Assembly (NCBI GenBank): GCA_963693365.1
Contig: CAVNZM010000015.1
Location: 2,914,001-2,978,000, forward strand
Direction of reading: 5' to 3'
DNA: 64,000 nucleotides
DNA from: Amoebidium appalachense
Taxonomy: Eukaryota > Protista > Ichthyosporea
Both the position numbers and the translations under genes were made by a program. This document shows, in pieces, positions 11,641 through 48,741 of this stretch (its first letter is position 1; the number at the start of each line of letters is the position of its first letter). Below the pieces are notes generated by a model. The model was not told the origin of the DNA and ran no database searches. It saw only the letters and a list, made by a program, of their open reading frames with translations.

Positions 11641-13181
11641 TTGGCGACAGCTCCCTTGGAACCCATGCGGCATGTTACCCGCCGGCGTAACATAACTCGG
11701 ACTATCGGTTTGGCTTTTTTCAAGCCCAAAGCAATGGGTGATACCATATTTCCGGCTGACATCCGGGGGCATAGCTTTCCGTTCGAAGACGATAAAGTTC
11801 CGCCCTAGTAAGCGTGTTACTACCCTGCGGCGTGGGTCAAATCTCATATTTTCCCCTCTGATTACGAATTCTGTGGCCTTCGGGACTTAATTCTTTTCAG
11901 CTGGTGTAGTATGTTAGCCAGGGAAGTATCGACTTAGGTATCGACGGGGGAGCTTCCTAGAAGCCCCGTCTCCTGAGTTCCTATCTATATTTTTCTTGCT
12001 TCTGCTTACTGCTGCAACTTTAACCCCCGGCCTTTCCCACTGCCCTTGCCTGCATAAGCAACCCTGCTCGTCTCTGATCAAGACGGGTGACCTACTCATG
12101 TTCAAGTGAAACAGTATCTGAGTTGGGTTTCGTTAACGAGGGGAATAGGTCGAAACTCGGGTACTGTGGATGACGTGGGCCCCCCCTGAGGATGGGCTCT
12201 GCTTATTATGCATACTCTTTATGTATGGCTTGCATTCTGCATCGTGTTATCCGTTTGTTCTTGTGTACTTCGTACTTTTTGACGCATTCAAAACCCCCCC
12301 CCCCCCCCCCACCTGCCACCCTGCCCCCCGTGTCCTTACTTGCCAAAAGCACCAGTGCATCCCCTGTTTTCTATGGTTTTCCACCCCCTCTCTTTTCCCA
12401 GCACACACGCACACACAGACACACACGCGCGGGTGCGCGCGCACACACAACATGCACGCACGCGCACACACACACACACAAAAGAAAGATGTTTGTTCGG
12501 TGGTGGGTGTTTTAAGTCATGTATCAAGGCAGCAGATTTAATCAACTAACGGTCGCCCCCTCATGTTGACTCGAACTGACACAAACACACAAAGTAAAGG
12601 CGAATGCATGCACGTTCTCTCAGATTTATTTACGTCGTGAATGAACATAAGATTTATTCACATTGTATATAAGGAAAATAATGGTTAATTAGAGAAAGAA
12701 AGAATTTATTTACTTAGTACTTCCTGCACAGGTCCAGGTCTGGGGTCAAACGACGTGGAGGGAGGAGACGCTCACGCAGCAGCTCAAGGGGTATGTGCCG
12801 GTGTTGTTTTTCCTTGGATTTTTTTTTTTTTTTTTTTTAACACGTCCTAAAACATGGCCTTATTGATTGGCACGTCATGTTTGAACAGGCAAAATATTAC
12901 AGACGAATCGTTGATAACATATGGCAAACATGTGACACAACACATGGCAAACATGTGACACAACACATAGGATTTGCACGAGAAAGACATACTCACAAAC
13001 AATCTCGCTCTAGCGTGCATGCGAGTTCATGGGATAGAATAGGTACGGTATTGGTAAATAACCTTGTGTTTGTGTGTGCGCGTGTGCGTGTTTATTGGGG
13101 TTTTTTTTTGGGGGGGGGGGGGGGGGGGCAGGCTGATTGTTGACAAGGTGGTTAACACGTGCGTTAGTGGAATCACACACT

Positions 13182-13220
<39 letters not shown>

Positions 13221-13241
13221 TCGTCCTCGGACAGTGACTGA
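636..13241 (+). CDS. PPIG: SR/RS-domain cyclophilin (peptidyl-prolyl cis-trans isomerase G-like), 16 coding exons
   Basis: Manual GT-AG model: 636-688, 1517-1533, 1900-1974, 3167-3304, 3969-4056, 4762-4791, 5824-5972, 6571-6634, 7141-7616, 8160-8217, 8547-8643, 9425-9453, 10086-10352, 10820-11422, 12732-12790, 13219-13241 (TGA). It encodes [93 protein letters not shown]. Downstream come a Ser/Lys/Glu-rich region, [16 protein letters not shown] and a long RS/RD tail. Exon 4 needs two compensating G-run indels. The 8217/8547 junction is the least certain. Confidence 0.9.
2292..2425 (+). mobile_element. Poly(C)-ended insertion, family A
   Basis: CTGATGATGGGCTCTGTTCAAGTGTCTTCTGCCTGCA...CAACCCTCTAACACATACAT(C)n between C-tracts. 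Homologous to 7985, 30244 and 57386. Confidence 0.75.
3281..3640 (+). repeat. Degenerate ~65-nt tandem repeat derived from the cyclophilin exon 4 end and donor
   Basis: CATATTTGGCGGCGAATTTGCAG|GTGGGTATGCATTCC..CCTAAATATGGAAA is echoed near 3346, 3416 and 3608. Confidence 0.7.
4864..4933 (+). mobile_element. Family A 3'-end fragment
   Basis: TTTGTGACGTT...CTCCATATTTCCAATCCTCTAATGCATAC followed by a C-tract. Confidence 0.55.
6090..6150 (+). repeat. Intronic duplicate of the 3' end and donor site of cyclophilin exon 7
   Basis: 6090-6144 vs 5918-5972: both encode [18 protein letters not shown], with 8 synonymous differences, and each is followed by a GT donor. Confidence 0.9.
7985..8106 (+). 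mobile_element. Poly(C)-ended insertion, family A
   Basis: GGAACCCCCCTGATGATCGGCTCTGGTCAAGTGTCTTCTGCCTGCA...CCAACCCTCTAACGCATACAT(C)n. Confidence 0.75.
8780..9127. mobile_element. MITE with ~55-bp imperfect TIRs, TA-flanked (possibly Tc1/mariner-type)
   Basis: Left arm TGGGAGCATTCGTGCAGCTCTAGATGTCCGAAATCTAGATTGAGAGGAATG is the near reverse complement of right arm CATTCCTCTCAATCTAGATTTTGAGCATCTAGAGTCACATGAGTGCTCCCA. TA occurs at 8778-79 and 9128-29. Confidence 0.7.
11640..12293 (+). mobile_element. Poly(C)-ended retroelement-like insertion, family B, longest copy
   Basis: Flanked by poly(C) on both sides and ends GACGCATTCAAAA(C)n. 11933-12293 matches the reverse complement of 38519-38879 essentially base for base. 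Confidence 0.8.
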
Positions 13242-13508
13242 AGCCGTGCCGTTTCCATTTCGCCTGCAATCTTCCTCCACTCAACGAGAATGAAGCACGT
13301 TTAGGTCAAGTTTTTTGCTGATTAGAAACGGATGAGTTAACGTGTGTGTGTAGGTGGAGGGTACATGATTTACATAGTGGTGGGTGTGGTAGTATGGGCC
13401 TGAAATGGTGCATGGCAGGTGTTCTCTTGATCTTCTTTTGCTTTAGTTTCTTGGTTCTGAAAATATTTTCTTCTTTTTTCTTTTTTTTTTTTTTTTTTTT
13501 TTTTTTTG

Positions 13509-13541
<33 letters not shown>

Positions 13542-14011
13542 CTAGGGGTTAGTTTGGAGCGAAATATATCATTGCTTTTGACTATATTATGCCTACTAGG
13601 GCCAACGAAAAGAAATAAAAACCTGACTGTCTTTGGTGTCCATACAAGATACCCACGATAAAGGCAATTTGAAGACTGAGCTGCTCTTCTTATAAGATGT
13701 GGGCCTTCCCTGAACGGGCCCCCGCAGGGGGGGGGGGGGGGGGGGGGGGGGGCAGAAAATGTGCTCTCAAAGCTCCCCTAGGGACATTCCTTTCGGCTTT
13801 TAAGGTTCGATTTGACCTTTGCGATTTACTCAGTACTACGTGTTTGGAGACGATCCCCCCCCTCCTTCCGGCCTCCCGGGTGTCCTCCCTGATTTTCTGC
13901 TTTTGGTGACATTCGTGTTTTGTCTTCTGATGTCTACTCCTCCATACATAGTTCCAACTCTCCAGTGCATGTGCATAAATCCCCCCCCCCCCACCACCAC
14001 CACCACCACCA

Positions 14012-14051
<40 letters not shown>

Positions 14052-14124
14052 GCACACACACACACCCACACACACACACACCACCACCACCACCACAACC
14101 ACCACCATCACGACTACAAAAGCT

Positions 14125-15123
14125 CCACAGTGCATTCCTTGTATGTACTCCCACAGTCCGGGTTAGCTGCATCTTTTTTTTTTTTTTTTTTTTTTGGTCC
14201 CCTCCAACGGTTCATTTTTGCTCGCCTTGGCATCTAAGTGATGGGGAAGTATCTATCCAAATGCCGCACACACCTTCCCAGAAAGCATGGCACAAGGTTC
14301 ACCAATCAGAAACGCGTATTTGCTCTAAGTTACAGAGGGGTTTCGCAAACTAAGATTAACTATAAATTTGGGGCATCTAAAATGTGAAATGTTTGGGGAA
14401 AACAGAGATGCTAGAGTCTATCGAGGCGCTTGCAGGGTGGGTGGGTGGGGGAGGGAATGGGGATGGTGGCTGGGTGGGTGGGTCACGGGTAGAGGGGTGT
14501 GGAGGGAGGAGGAAGGGGGGGGGGGGCGGATCTCGAGGAGGAGGCGAGGGGGGGGGGGGGGGGGGGGGGGGGGGATAAGATATCTGATACAGTAATGAGC
14601 CCTACTAAATACTATAACCTAAAAATTTTATACCTGTATTCTACCCCGATTGTGTTTTTTTGTGTTATCTTGACATGTGTAACCCAGCCCTCTAAGCTAT
14701 CAGCTGGATATGCTAGCAGGTGATACCCGTGCACGCGGTTCCCCCATGCCTTCTCCTACACTCCAGCCACGCACATGACTTGTGTCCAAGCACCTTTGTT
14801 TGTTTGCTATAAACAAGCCTTTTGCTGGCTCAGTTGTCTTTTGGTAAAACAATCACTCAAGTAGCAATATTCAAACGAGTCCCACAGTACTAAACACAAG
14901 CCCAACACAATCCCCTTATTCATGGGCATTCCACCAAATGGGCAGCTATATAGGTTCCCTAATGGTGCTGTTACACATCGATATTGTTGCAGCAAGCGGT
15001 GAACTTGTTCTTGTGTGGCGTTGTCTGGTTGCCCCATAAATGTCACTAAAGGACAATAATATTACAGGTGATAACTGTGCTTTGATTTTGACTCTCACCC
15101 CAAGGACCGTAGGTGCACAAGGC

Positions 15124-15178
<55 letters not shown>

Positions 15179-15244
15179 AAGTGTCTGTGTCACGGTGTGT
15201 GTGTGTGTGTGTGTGGGAACGGGATGCATCATAAGTCATCCACC

Positions 15245-15280
<36 letters not shown>

Positions 15281-15463
15281 GGCTAATTTGGGCTTCATTG
15301 CCCGTTGACAGATCCTTAGACAAATGGCGGGATGAAAGATAACATCAGTTGAGGTGTAAAAAATATTTACGCTTTGCCCCAGCCCCTAGCAACAGGGTAG
15401 ATAAACAAATCAGTAAAGGGATTTCACGATATTTTGAGGTAGGGAGGGGTTTTTTTTTTTTTT

Positions 15464-15523
<60 letters not shown>

Positions 15524-15739
15524 GGATATTCCGATCTTAAAGTTCTTCAACACTCAATTTTCGATTAAGCGTATGCCATACGATCGTTTATAGCTTCCCC
15601 CCCCTCCCCCCCCCCCTCCCCCCCCCCCCCCCCCCCCCCCTCCCTCTCCCCATCTCCGCACCTGCCCAACCTATACAAAACGTGTTGTGTGCAATCTTGT
15701 CACAAAGTTTGTCAGCGCTTTCGTTTCGTAGTTGCTCTC

Positions 15740-15773
<34 letters not shown>

Positions 15774-15958
15774 ACCCCCAAACAAACACCCAACACACAC
15801 AAACATACACACACAGTGCCTTCTTGGTGCTCCGATGGTCCACGTAATATCTCATATCTAATTTTTTGTTTGCTTTTTGTCAATTGTTATTTTGGTGGTC
15901 GTGATGGTGGTGGTTTGGGCCCTCCCCGAAGAAGGGGGAGGGGGGGGGGGGGGGGTAG

Positions 15959-15996
<38 letters not shown>

Positions 15997-16423
15997 GAGG
16001 GGGGGAGGGGGGAGGGGGGTTTCACGTTAGTCTTTGCACGTTGAGTTTCCTTCCCGTATAGTGCAAGATTTATTTCACCAACCAGAGGCATCAAATACAA
16101 TTGAAATTAATCAACTCCCAAGTCCCACAATCACACCCACAACAACTCTCAATACCTATTTCGCTCGTGGGCATTCCACCGGCCCGGGCCGCCCGTTGGC
16201 ACCCAGACCTTACTGTGCAGCTGTTTCTGCAAAGTCTTGTATGTAGCACACCGTATTGATCAGGTTGCCTTGCGATTATTGCTGAAGAATAGGGGGGTCG
16301 AGTTTCGCCTCTCTCCTACGCATAGGCACCATTTGTTGTTGAATTTTCTTAAGAACCAGACTAAGTCCCTCGATCAGTCGATGGTTTATGCGGGTCTGAG
16401 AGTAAGCTGTGGCGATGGAGAGC

Positions 16424-16487
<64 letters not shown>

Positions 16488-17957
16488 GTGCCTTCTTTGT
16501 ACTTCGCGTTCCAGAGGCCTAAGATCACATAATGTATTTTTTTTCTTATCCCCCCTCCTCTTCTTCTGCTCGTTTCTGCCAGTTCCTGCAAAATGCATTG
16601 GCTACCCAAATGATGCAAAACCTAGGTTGGATTAGAAATGCCGACTTTTCTTTGTTGATAACTACTTGGAAACACTGATCTCCTCCCCCACAATTACACC
16701 CTCAACATTAAATTTCACAAGACAGCCTTGAATTGTGCAAAGATTCACAACCCGGGCAACTACCCAGATTTCAACCGTGCAGCTTTCAATGCTGCAACGG
16801 GATTCTCTACCTACCGACAGAGATCCCATGCCCTGGTTGCCCCATTATAGTTGCTGAAGGACACTATGGTAACAAACATTAAAAATACCTTCCCCTCTTC
16901 CCCTCCAAACCAAAAAAAAAAAAAAAAAGGGGGGGGGGGGGAGGCGGGGAAGGCCTGGGGGCAGCCCCTGCCGGGCACACACCAGCCTCAGTTTGTCTTT
17001 CCATGCGCATCTATTCTTTGTGTGTATGCATACAAGTCACGGAACAGGTTCCCACTGTGTATGCTGTTGTGTGTTCTGGCAGCAGAACATACTGCATGCT
17101 CGACTTATAGTCACAGAGTGGTGCAATGCAAAACTTATGATCCGTAAGGTAGACAAATGGTGTTCTTGTAGGCCGACATAGCTAACCGTTGAACAACTTA
17201 CATACAAGCCTGGACATTATTATCTAAAACTGTGCCTATAGTCCCAGAATACAAATATCTTGTGTCCCAAATACCTTTGTTGAAGTTATGTTCTCCCACA
17301 TGTACATGGTTGACAAGAGGGCATAGCTTGCTTGTAAATCATTGGCTTTTTCATCAAAAAGAATTTTTATGGACCCTCGACATCCTTCTATTAGACTCTC
17401 CTTTATTTGAACTTTAGGGGCTTACTCTTTTTTTGAATTATAGATCGAGATAGCAGCTAATAGGTTATATCGAGTGTTACATGCCCAGGTTTACACAGCT
17501 GTTAGATAGAAACCCTAATTTACATGCCGGAAAGACAAAAGCGAATAAGCCCCTCCCACCCTCGCTTCCATATCCGACCTGCCCCCTCTCCACCGCTTTC
17601 CTCTCCTCTTCCCTCTGCCCCTCCTTCACTCTTACCTTCTTGCCTGGGCAAAAATACAAACAGAACCTGCAAAAGTGTCAATGTGACTTTGAACTGTCAA
17701 TCGCTTTAAGGCATGTACATAATCACAAATAATCACACAAAAACAACAAATGGAAAAAGATATCACACGACACTAGGCCTGATGCAATGAGACAAGCTCG
17801 AAAAACTAAGCCTGGTGCCTCATGTTATATCAGTGACCGCCTTCATGACCACATACTACTGCAGCACACACACGTGCATTATTTGTGCTCCCATGGTCCA
17901 CATCAACTATTTTGGGGTGATGGTGGTGGTGTGTGTGTGTGTGTGTGTGTGTCTCGT

Positions 17958-17996
<39 letters not shown>

Positions 17997-18843
17997 GGAG
18001 GGGTCCCGTTAGCCTGGGCACATTATAATGCACTTGCTTGCCACATGTACATGTTGCAAGACCCATATTCACCAATCAGCCTACACTAATTGCAGTTTGA
18101 TTTCCGAAACTTAAACCAAGAACGACACCAATGCCAGCACACCCCTAGCTCGTGGGCATTGTATCAACCGGGCAACCACCCAGACTCAACCGTGCAACTA
18201 TGACTGCAGGATATCCGTTTTTCTCTCTGATTACCTCGTGATCTGGTTGCCCAACGATGATGCTGAAAAGCTAAGGGCCTGTTTGGCAGCACCCCAATAA
18301 TCGTATTCGTATTTAGGCCCTAAATACGATCTACCGTATTTACAAAATTTATCGTGGTATGCGTATTTAGGGCCTAAATACGGTTGGTGCCTTCCAAACG
18401 CTGTCAGGCGTGACTGGTCACATAAAATGTCGATACATGTTCACGAGATCTGATTGGCCCTATTCGCACCCATTGATCATCCTTCGGTATTCCATGCATA
18501 TAGGCTGGTGCAGCTGTAGTCAGTATTACAGCGAACGGCAAAAACGAGTCACCGACAGTGAGCCTTGCTCGTTTAACAATGCATAAATAGGTTAGAATGT
18601 CTGTTATTGAAGGGATACTGCCAGTAATTACGGTGGCTAGCCTTGCTAGAGACCTCGTTTTACATCACCAACGTTCGTCCCTGGCATTCCCCACATATCT
18701 GAACACATAGTGAGTGTTAAAATTTGTCCTTGTCTATGCAGTACTCGTGGTGCCTGCATGTCACCGAGTTGTTTGTACATGTACATTTGATTGTTTTTAT
18801 TAATGCATATATCGGAGTCCAGTATTGTTTCAATGATTATTAT

Positions 18844-18908
<65 letters not shown>

Positions 18909-20169
18909 TCTGAGCTTGTGACAATTATGCACCGTGTAGGGTTCCTCGTCCTCTGTCTTACCTGTGCAGCCCAAATTCATGTGCCAATTTTAACTGAGCA
19001 TGTACACAAAATGACTTGTATGACACCGACCTTCTTTTTAACAGTGAATTGTTCACGTGCATGCGCCGGCATGCGTACTGCTGTAAAAATGTGCCCTCCG
19101 CGGCTTTCGCTGTACCATTGGCTAGCTGATAGCCAATAAATGATGCGAAATGCTCTGTTTGGCTAATTTCCTATATCGTATTTACGAAAATCACCTCCGG
19201 AGGTGATTTTCGTAAATACGATATAAAAGCGATCCCTATCGTATTTACAAAAAATAAAAGCCCGCGGCGTGTTTGGCATGCCACGGGATCGTATACGTAT
19301 TTAGGCCCTAAATACGAATACGATAAAAAACCGTATTTAGCGCGCTACCAAACAGGCCCTAAGCAAAATAACACCTTTGACAGCATGTACCCCCCCCCTT
19401 CCCCTAGCTTCCCTTCCACCCATCTTATCCTGTCTCTCTCCACCCCCGACATCTCCGACTCTCCATTACCCATTCCGTCCCATGGGATTTGAATTTGTCT
19501 GCCCATCAGCCTTGTTTTGTCATGCACTGTACACCTGAGCTTTCTGTGTATGTCTAGTAACCTACGATGTGCATTCCAAGCCAGTGTATAATGATATTAG
19601 GCCAGGTTTAAATGTAACCCAGCCTGCACAAAACTTAGTGTCTTAACAAGAGATTCGATGGTTGCTTGCAATAAGGCAGCAGCATGCCTTTATTTCCTGT
19701 AGCCCCCCCCGAGCCCCCCCCCCCCCCCCCCCCTCCCCCCCAGCCCCCAGGCATTCCTGTTCTCCCTACCCCTGGGCCACTGCAATGAGGATAATTTTAG
19801 TTAAAGAGATTCACTGAACAAGCCTCCTGGTGTATCACATCACGAAGTACTTCAAGCCTGCCACCCCCCCCCCCCCCCCCCCCCCCCCCCAACTTTGCCT
19901 CCCCCTCCCCCCTCCCCCCCACGCCTCCCTCCCCACACCCACACACCCACACATATATACACATGCAGACTCAAGGAAAAAAAATAAAAAATAAAAATGA
20001 AAGTCCGAGCTTCGAAAATCCCACATGGAGTTGTAAGGAAGGAACTTTTCACGTTAGGCCTGCCGCTAATGTGGGTATTACCTCTCTCCCCCTCCCCCCC
20101 CCCCCCCCCTCCCCCCCCCCCCCCCCCTCTCTCTTACACCTCTTTCTCCCGCCATGTCCCTCTTCCTTC

Positions 20170-20202
<33 letters not shown>

Positions 20203-20481
20203 ACACACAAAACAAAAACAAAAACAAAAAAAAAAAAAAAAAAAAAAAACCTCCCTAGTGATTCCTTCGCCGTAGACGTTCAGTCTTCTCCGTTAATTTG
20301 TTGTCTTCTGTGTTATGACGAGCTCGAGAAAACTCCTGCATCATTTTATTTCAGCAATTATTCAGGACATAATAGCTGGTGTATAGCTCACCAAAGTCGA
20401 TAGTGAATTTTTTCTCTTAGTCTCGTTCGTGTGTACTTGCATGTATTTGTGTGTTTGTGCGCGCGTGTCCCTCTTTCTCTC

Positions 20482-20517
<36 letters not shown>

Positions 20518-20858
20518 CTCTCTCTCTCTCTTTTGGGCGTTGGGCGGGGGGAGGGGGGGGGTGAGAGGGTGGTGGTGTTGGGAAGCTTTATCTGTTTAAG
20601 CCAAGGATTATCATGTCATGAGTTTAAGGATTACAAATACTGTTTATGTAGTGTGCCTTTGCCGGCCAGTAAAGTAAAACACGCAAATCAACATCTTCGC
20701 TTTGCTTTTTTTTTTTAATTCTTCTTGTCTTTCTGGTGGTGTGTGTGTGTGTGTAGGGGGGGGGGGGGGGGTTGAGCGGAAGAGGAATGGGCCCTGAGCA
20801 ACTGAGCCTTGGGGTCAGCCAGTTCGTCTTTGCCAAGTTTGGTGGTTACTACACCCCC

Positions 20859-20894
<36 letters not shown>

Positions 20895-21928
20895 ACACAC
20901 ACACACCCATCCACCCACCCCTCGCCCCTCCCCATTGATCCCGCCCTCCCACAGAGTCCCTTCCTGCCTCTCATTCTTTCCAGAGCCGCTGCTCCCACGG
21001 TTTATAAAAAGAAATTCTTGATTTTTTCATATCTTCTCCTTTTCTGTTCTCCTTTTTTTTTTTTTTAACCTTAGGCTATTCTCGACACCAAAAGTCTGGG
21101 TAAAAAATAAACAGTTGCTGTTGCACATACTTGGCACACAGCATCTGGGGCAAGTTGTTCTGATCAGACTGAACTCGCACTACTTAGTGCCAGCTATACA
21201 TACTCAAACCGGTTACCACAATCGCATGCCCAACAATACCAGCATAACTATAGCTCGGAGGCATTCCAACGTTTGGCCAACCACCTTGAAGCAACCGTGC
21301 AGTTATTATCCACTGTGATCGCTGCATGCCTAACTGTCTTGTTGCAACAGGGATCCCATGATCCGGTTGGCAGTGCCCCACAATATTGCTGAATGACACC
21401 TTGGTGATACCATTTACTATACCCTCCCCCCCCCCCCCCCCTCCCCTCCCCCCGGCGCCCCCCTAAAGAATCCCTGCCGTTACCCGCCCCCTCCCCCCCC
21501 CTCCCCCCCCCCCCCCTCCCCCCCCCCCCCCCCCCCCCCCCCCCTCTCCCCAACCTTCCCCCAACAAAAAAAAAAGGTGTGAGTCCCTCCCGGAACCACA
21601 CCTTCCTCAGTTTGTGCCTTTTTCTCGGTGCACCTGCATGATCTTTTTGCATGTGCATACAAGTCCAATCGGTGACAATCAGCACGTGACCATGTGCATT
21701 TCCAGAGAACATACCGCATGAAACCTGAAGGCTGAATCTTTTGGATGTACCACCCCTCATGCCCCAAATTCTGCATCCTAAAAGTAGTGACACTGTAACC
21801 TGGGACTCGCAGCAATAAATTCCTAACAGTCTTGCAACGCCTTTCCCCCTCCCCTAGCGGCAGAGTAGCAAACAAAAGAAGGGAAATTCACGAGGTGAAT
21901 AAATCCGTGTCTTTTTTTTTTTTTTTTT

Positions 21929-21959
<31 letters not shown>

Positions 21960-22035
21960 GGGGGGATATTCTGCCTTTAAAGCTCTCCAACTGACCTTTC
22001 AATTTTACGCGTGTTACTATCACTTGGCAAGTCCC

Positions 22036-22069
<34 letters not shown>

Positions 22070-22220
22070 GACCTCTTTGAGGTTTATGTCTTTACCTTCT
22101 TAGTTGTCCCCCCGTCCCCACCTTGTCTTGTAAATGTTTTATGTCTTCACCATCTTGGTTGCCCCCCCCCCCCCCCCCTCCCCCACAACCCCCAAACACG
22201 CACACCTCCCGTCCCGTGGA

Positions 22221-22312
<92 letters not shown>

Positions 22313-22340
22313 GCCTTCATTGTGCACCCACGGTTAACAT
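14125..22340 (+). repeat. Old, degenerate tandem segmental duplication (about 5-6 partial units), no recognisable product
   Basis: Recurring ordered motifs: CACAGTGCCTTC (14126, 15812, 16482, 17871, 22307), TTCACCAAYCAG (14298, 16074, 18068), CTCGTGGGCATT (14919, 16164, 18149, 21254), CTGGTTGCCC (15025, 16833, 18243). Also 16960-17100 resembles 21580-21720. Confidence 0.6.
18275..19359. mobile_element. Non-autonomous PIF/Harbinger (Tourist-like) MITE
   Basis: TIRs GGGCCTGTTTGGCAGC ... GCTACCAAACAGGCCC with TAA target-site duplication (18272-74, 19360-62). Subterminal CGTATTTAGG/CCTAAATACG repeats, an internal 54-bp perfect palindrome at 19172-19225 and (TA)n at 18848-18905. Confidence 0.9.
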
Positions 22341-23164
22341 AACACCTTACAAGGGGTTGTGGATTTTTTTGCATTCTGTTCCATGGATGTTTTTTATATT
22401 TATAATAATAATTCCTTCGCCAAGCTTATGGTTAACATCGTAGTGTACGTGTACTCTCTCTGCCCCATGGCATGCCGTATGCTACTCTAGCAACAGAAAC
22501 ACAAAATATGTTGTTATGTACATTAAGCTAATCTAATGTATCAGTCTAATTCAACCCATCAAACTCGGTATTTATTTAAAGACATGAACAAACAAAAAAA
22601 CATTCTGGCGTCCAAATTTGAAAGAATAAAATATTCACTGAACTATCACGGCCACTTGTTACAGACTTCATTATAACAGCATAAGTAAAGCCAATCATAA
22701 TTGCAATCATTACTGTGAGACTTAAATGTACAAAAAATCGCAGCTGTTGCTATTTGCATCGCAGCATTTATTTTCTAGAAACATATGCAAAACCTGATAA
22801 AGAGTGACAGTGAAAGAAGTCAAGCAGCCATGACAAACCTTAAAAAAAAAAAAAAAAAAGGGTGTGGTTCGTGTGTTCCCTAAGTGTGAGCAGGGGAAAA
22901 CAGCAAAAAGCGAGGGTTGCTATCTGTTTTGTGTTGGCGTGCACTTTGTGTGCGCCTGTGTGTGCACGTGGCATCGTGTGTGTGTGTGTGTGTATGCGTC
23001 CCTGCGCATGGGCGCAGGTATGTGTGCTCGCGTGTGTGTGTGTGTGTGTGTGTGCGCGTGCGTGCACACACACATGTGTCTTTCTGTGGGAACGCGCGTG
23101 TGTCCGCGCAGTGTGCGTCTTGGGAGAAGGGGGAGGAGTGGTCGTGGTGGTGGTGGTGGTGTGT

Positions 23165-23213
<49 letters not shown>

Positions 23214-23225
23214 AGGAGAAATCCA

Positions 23226-48741
<25,516 letters not shown>

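Noticed and set aside
11640-11915. LTR plus primer-binding site (TGGCGAC at 11642, CAGCTGGTG near 11898)
   Set aside because: No paired LTR, no TG...CA termini with TSD, and no recognisable tRNA complement.
12100-12200. Canonical hammerhead ribozyme call
   Set aside because: Core-like boxes are present, but a complete three-stem fold with an NUH cleavage site could not be built by hand; kept only as a hypothesis.
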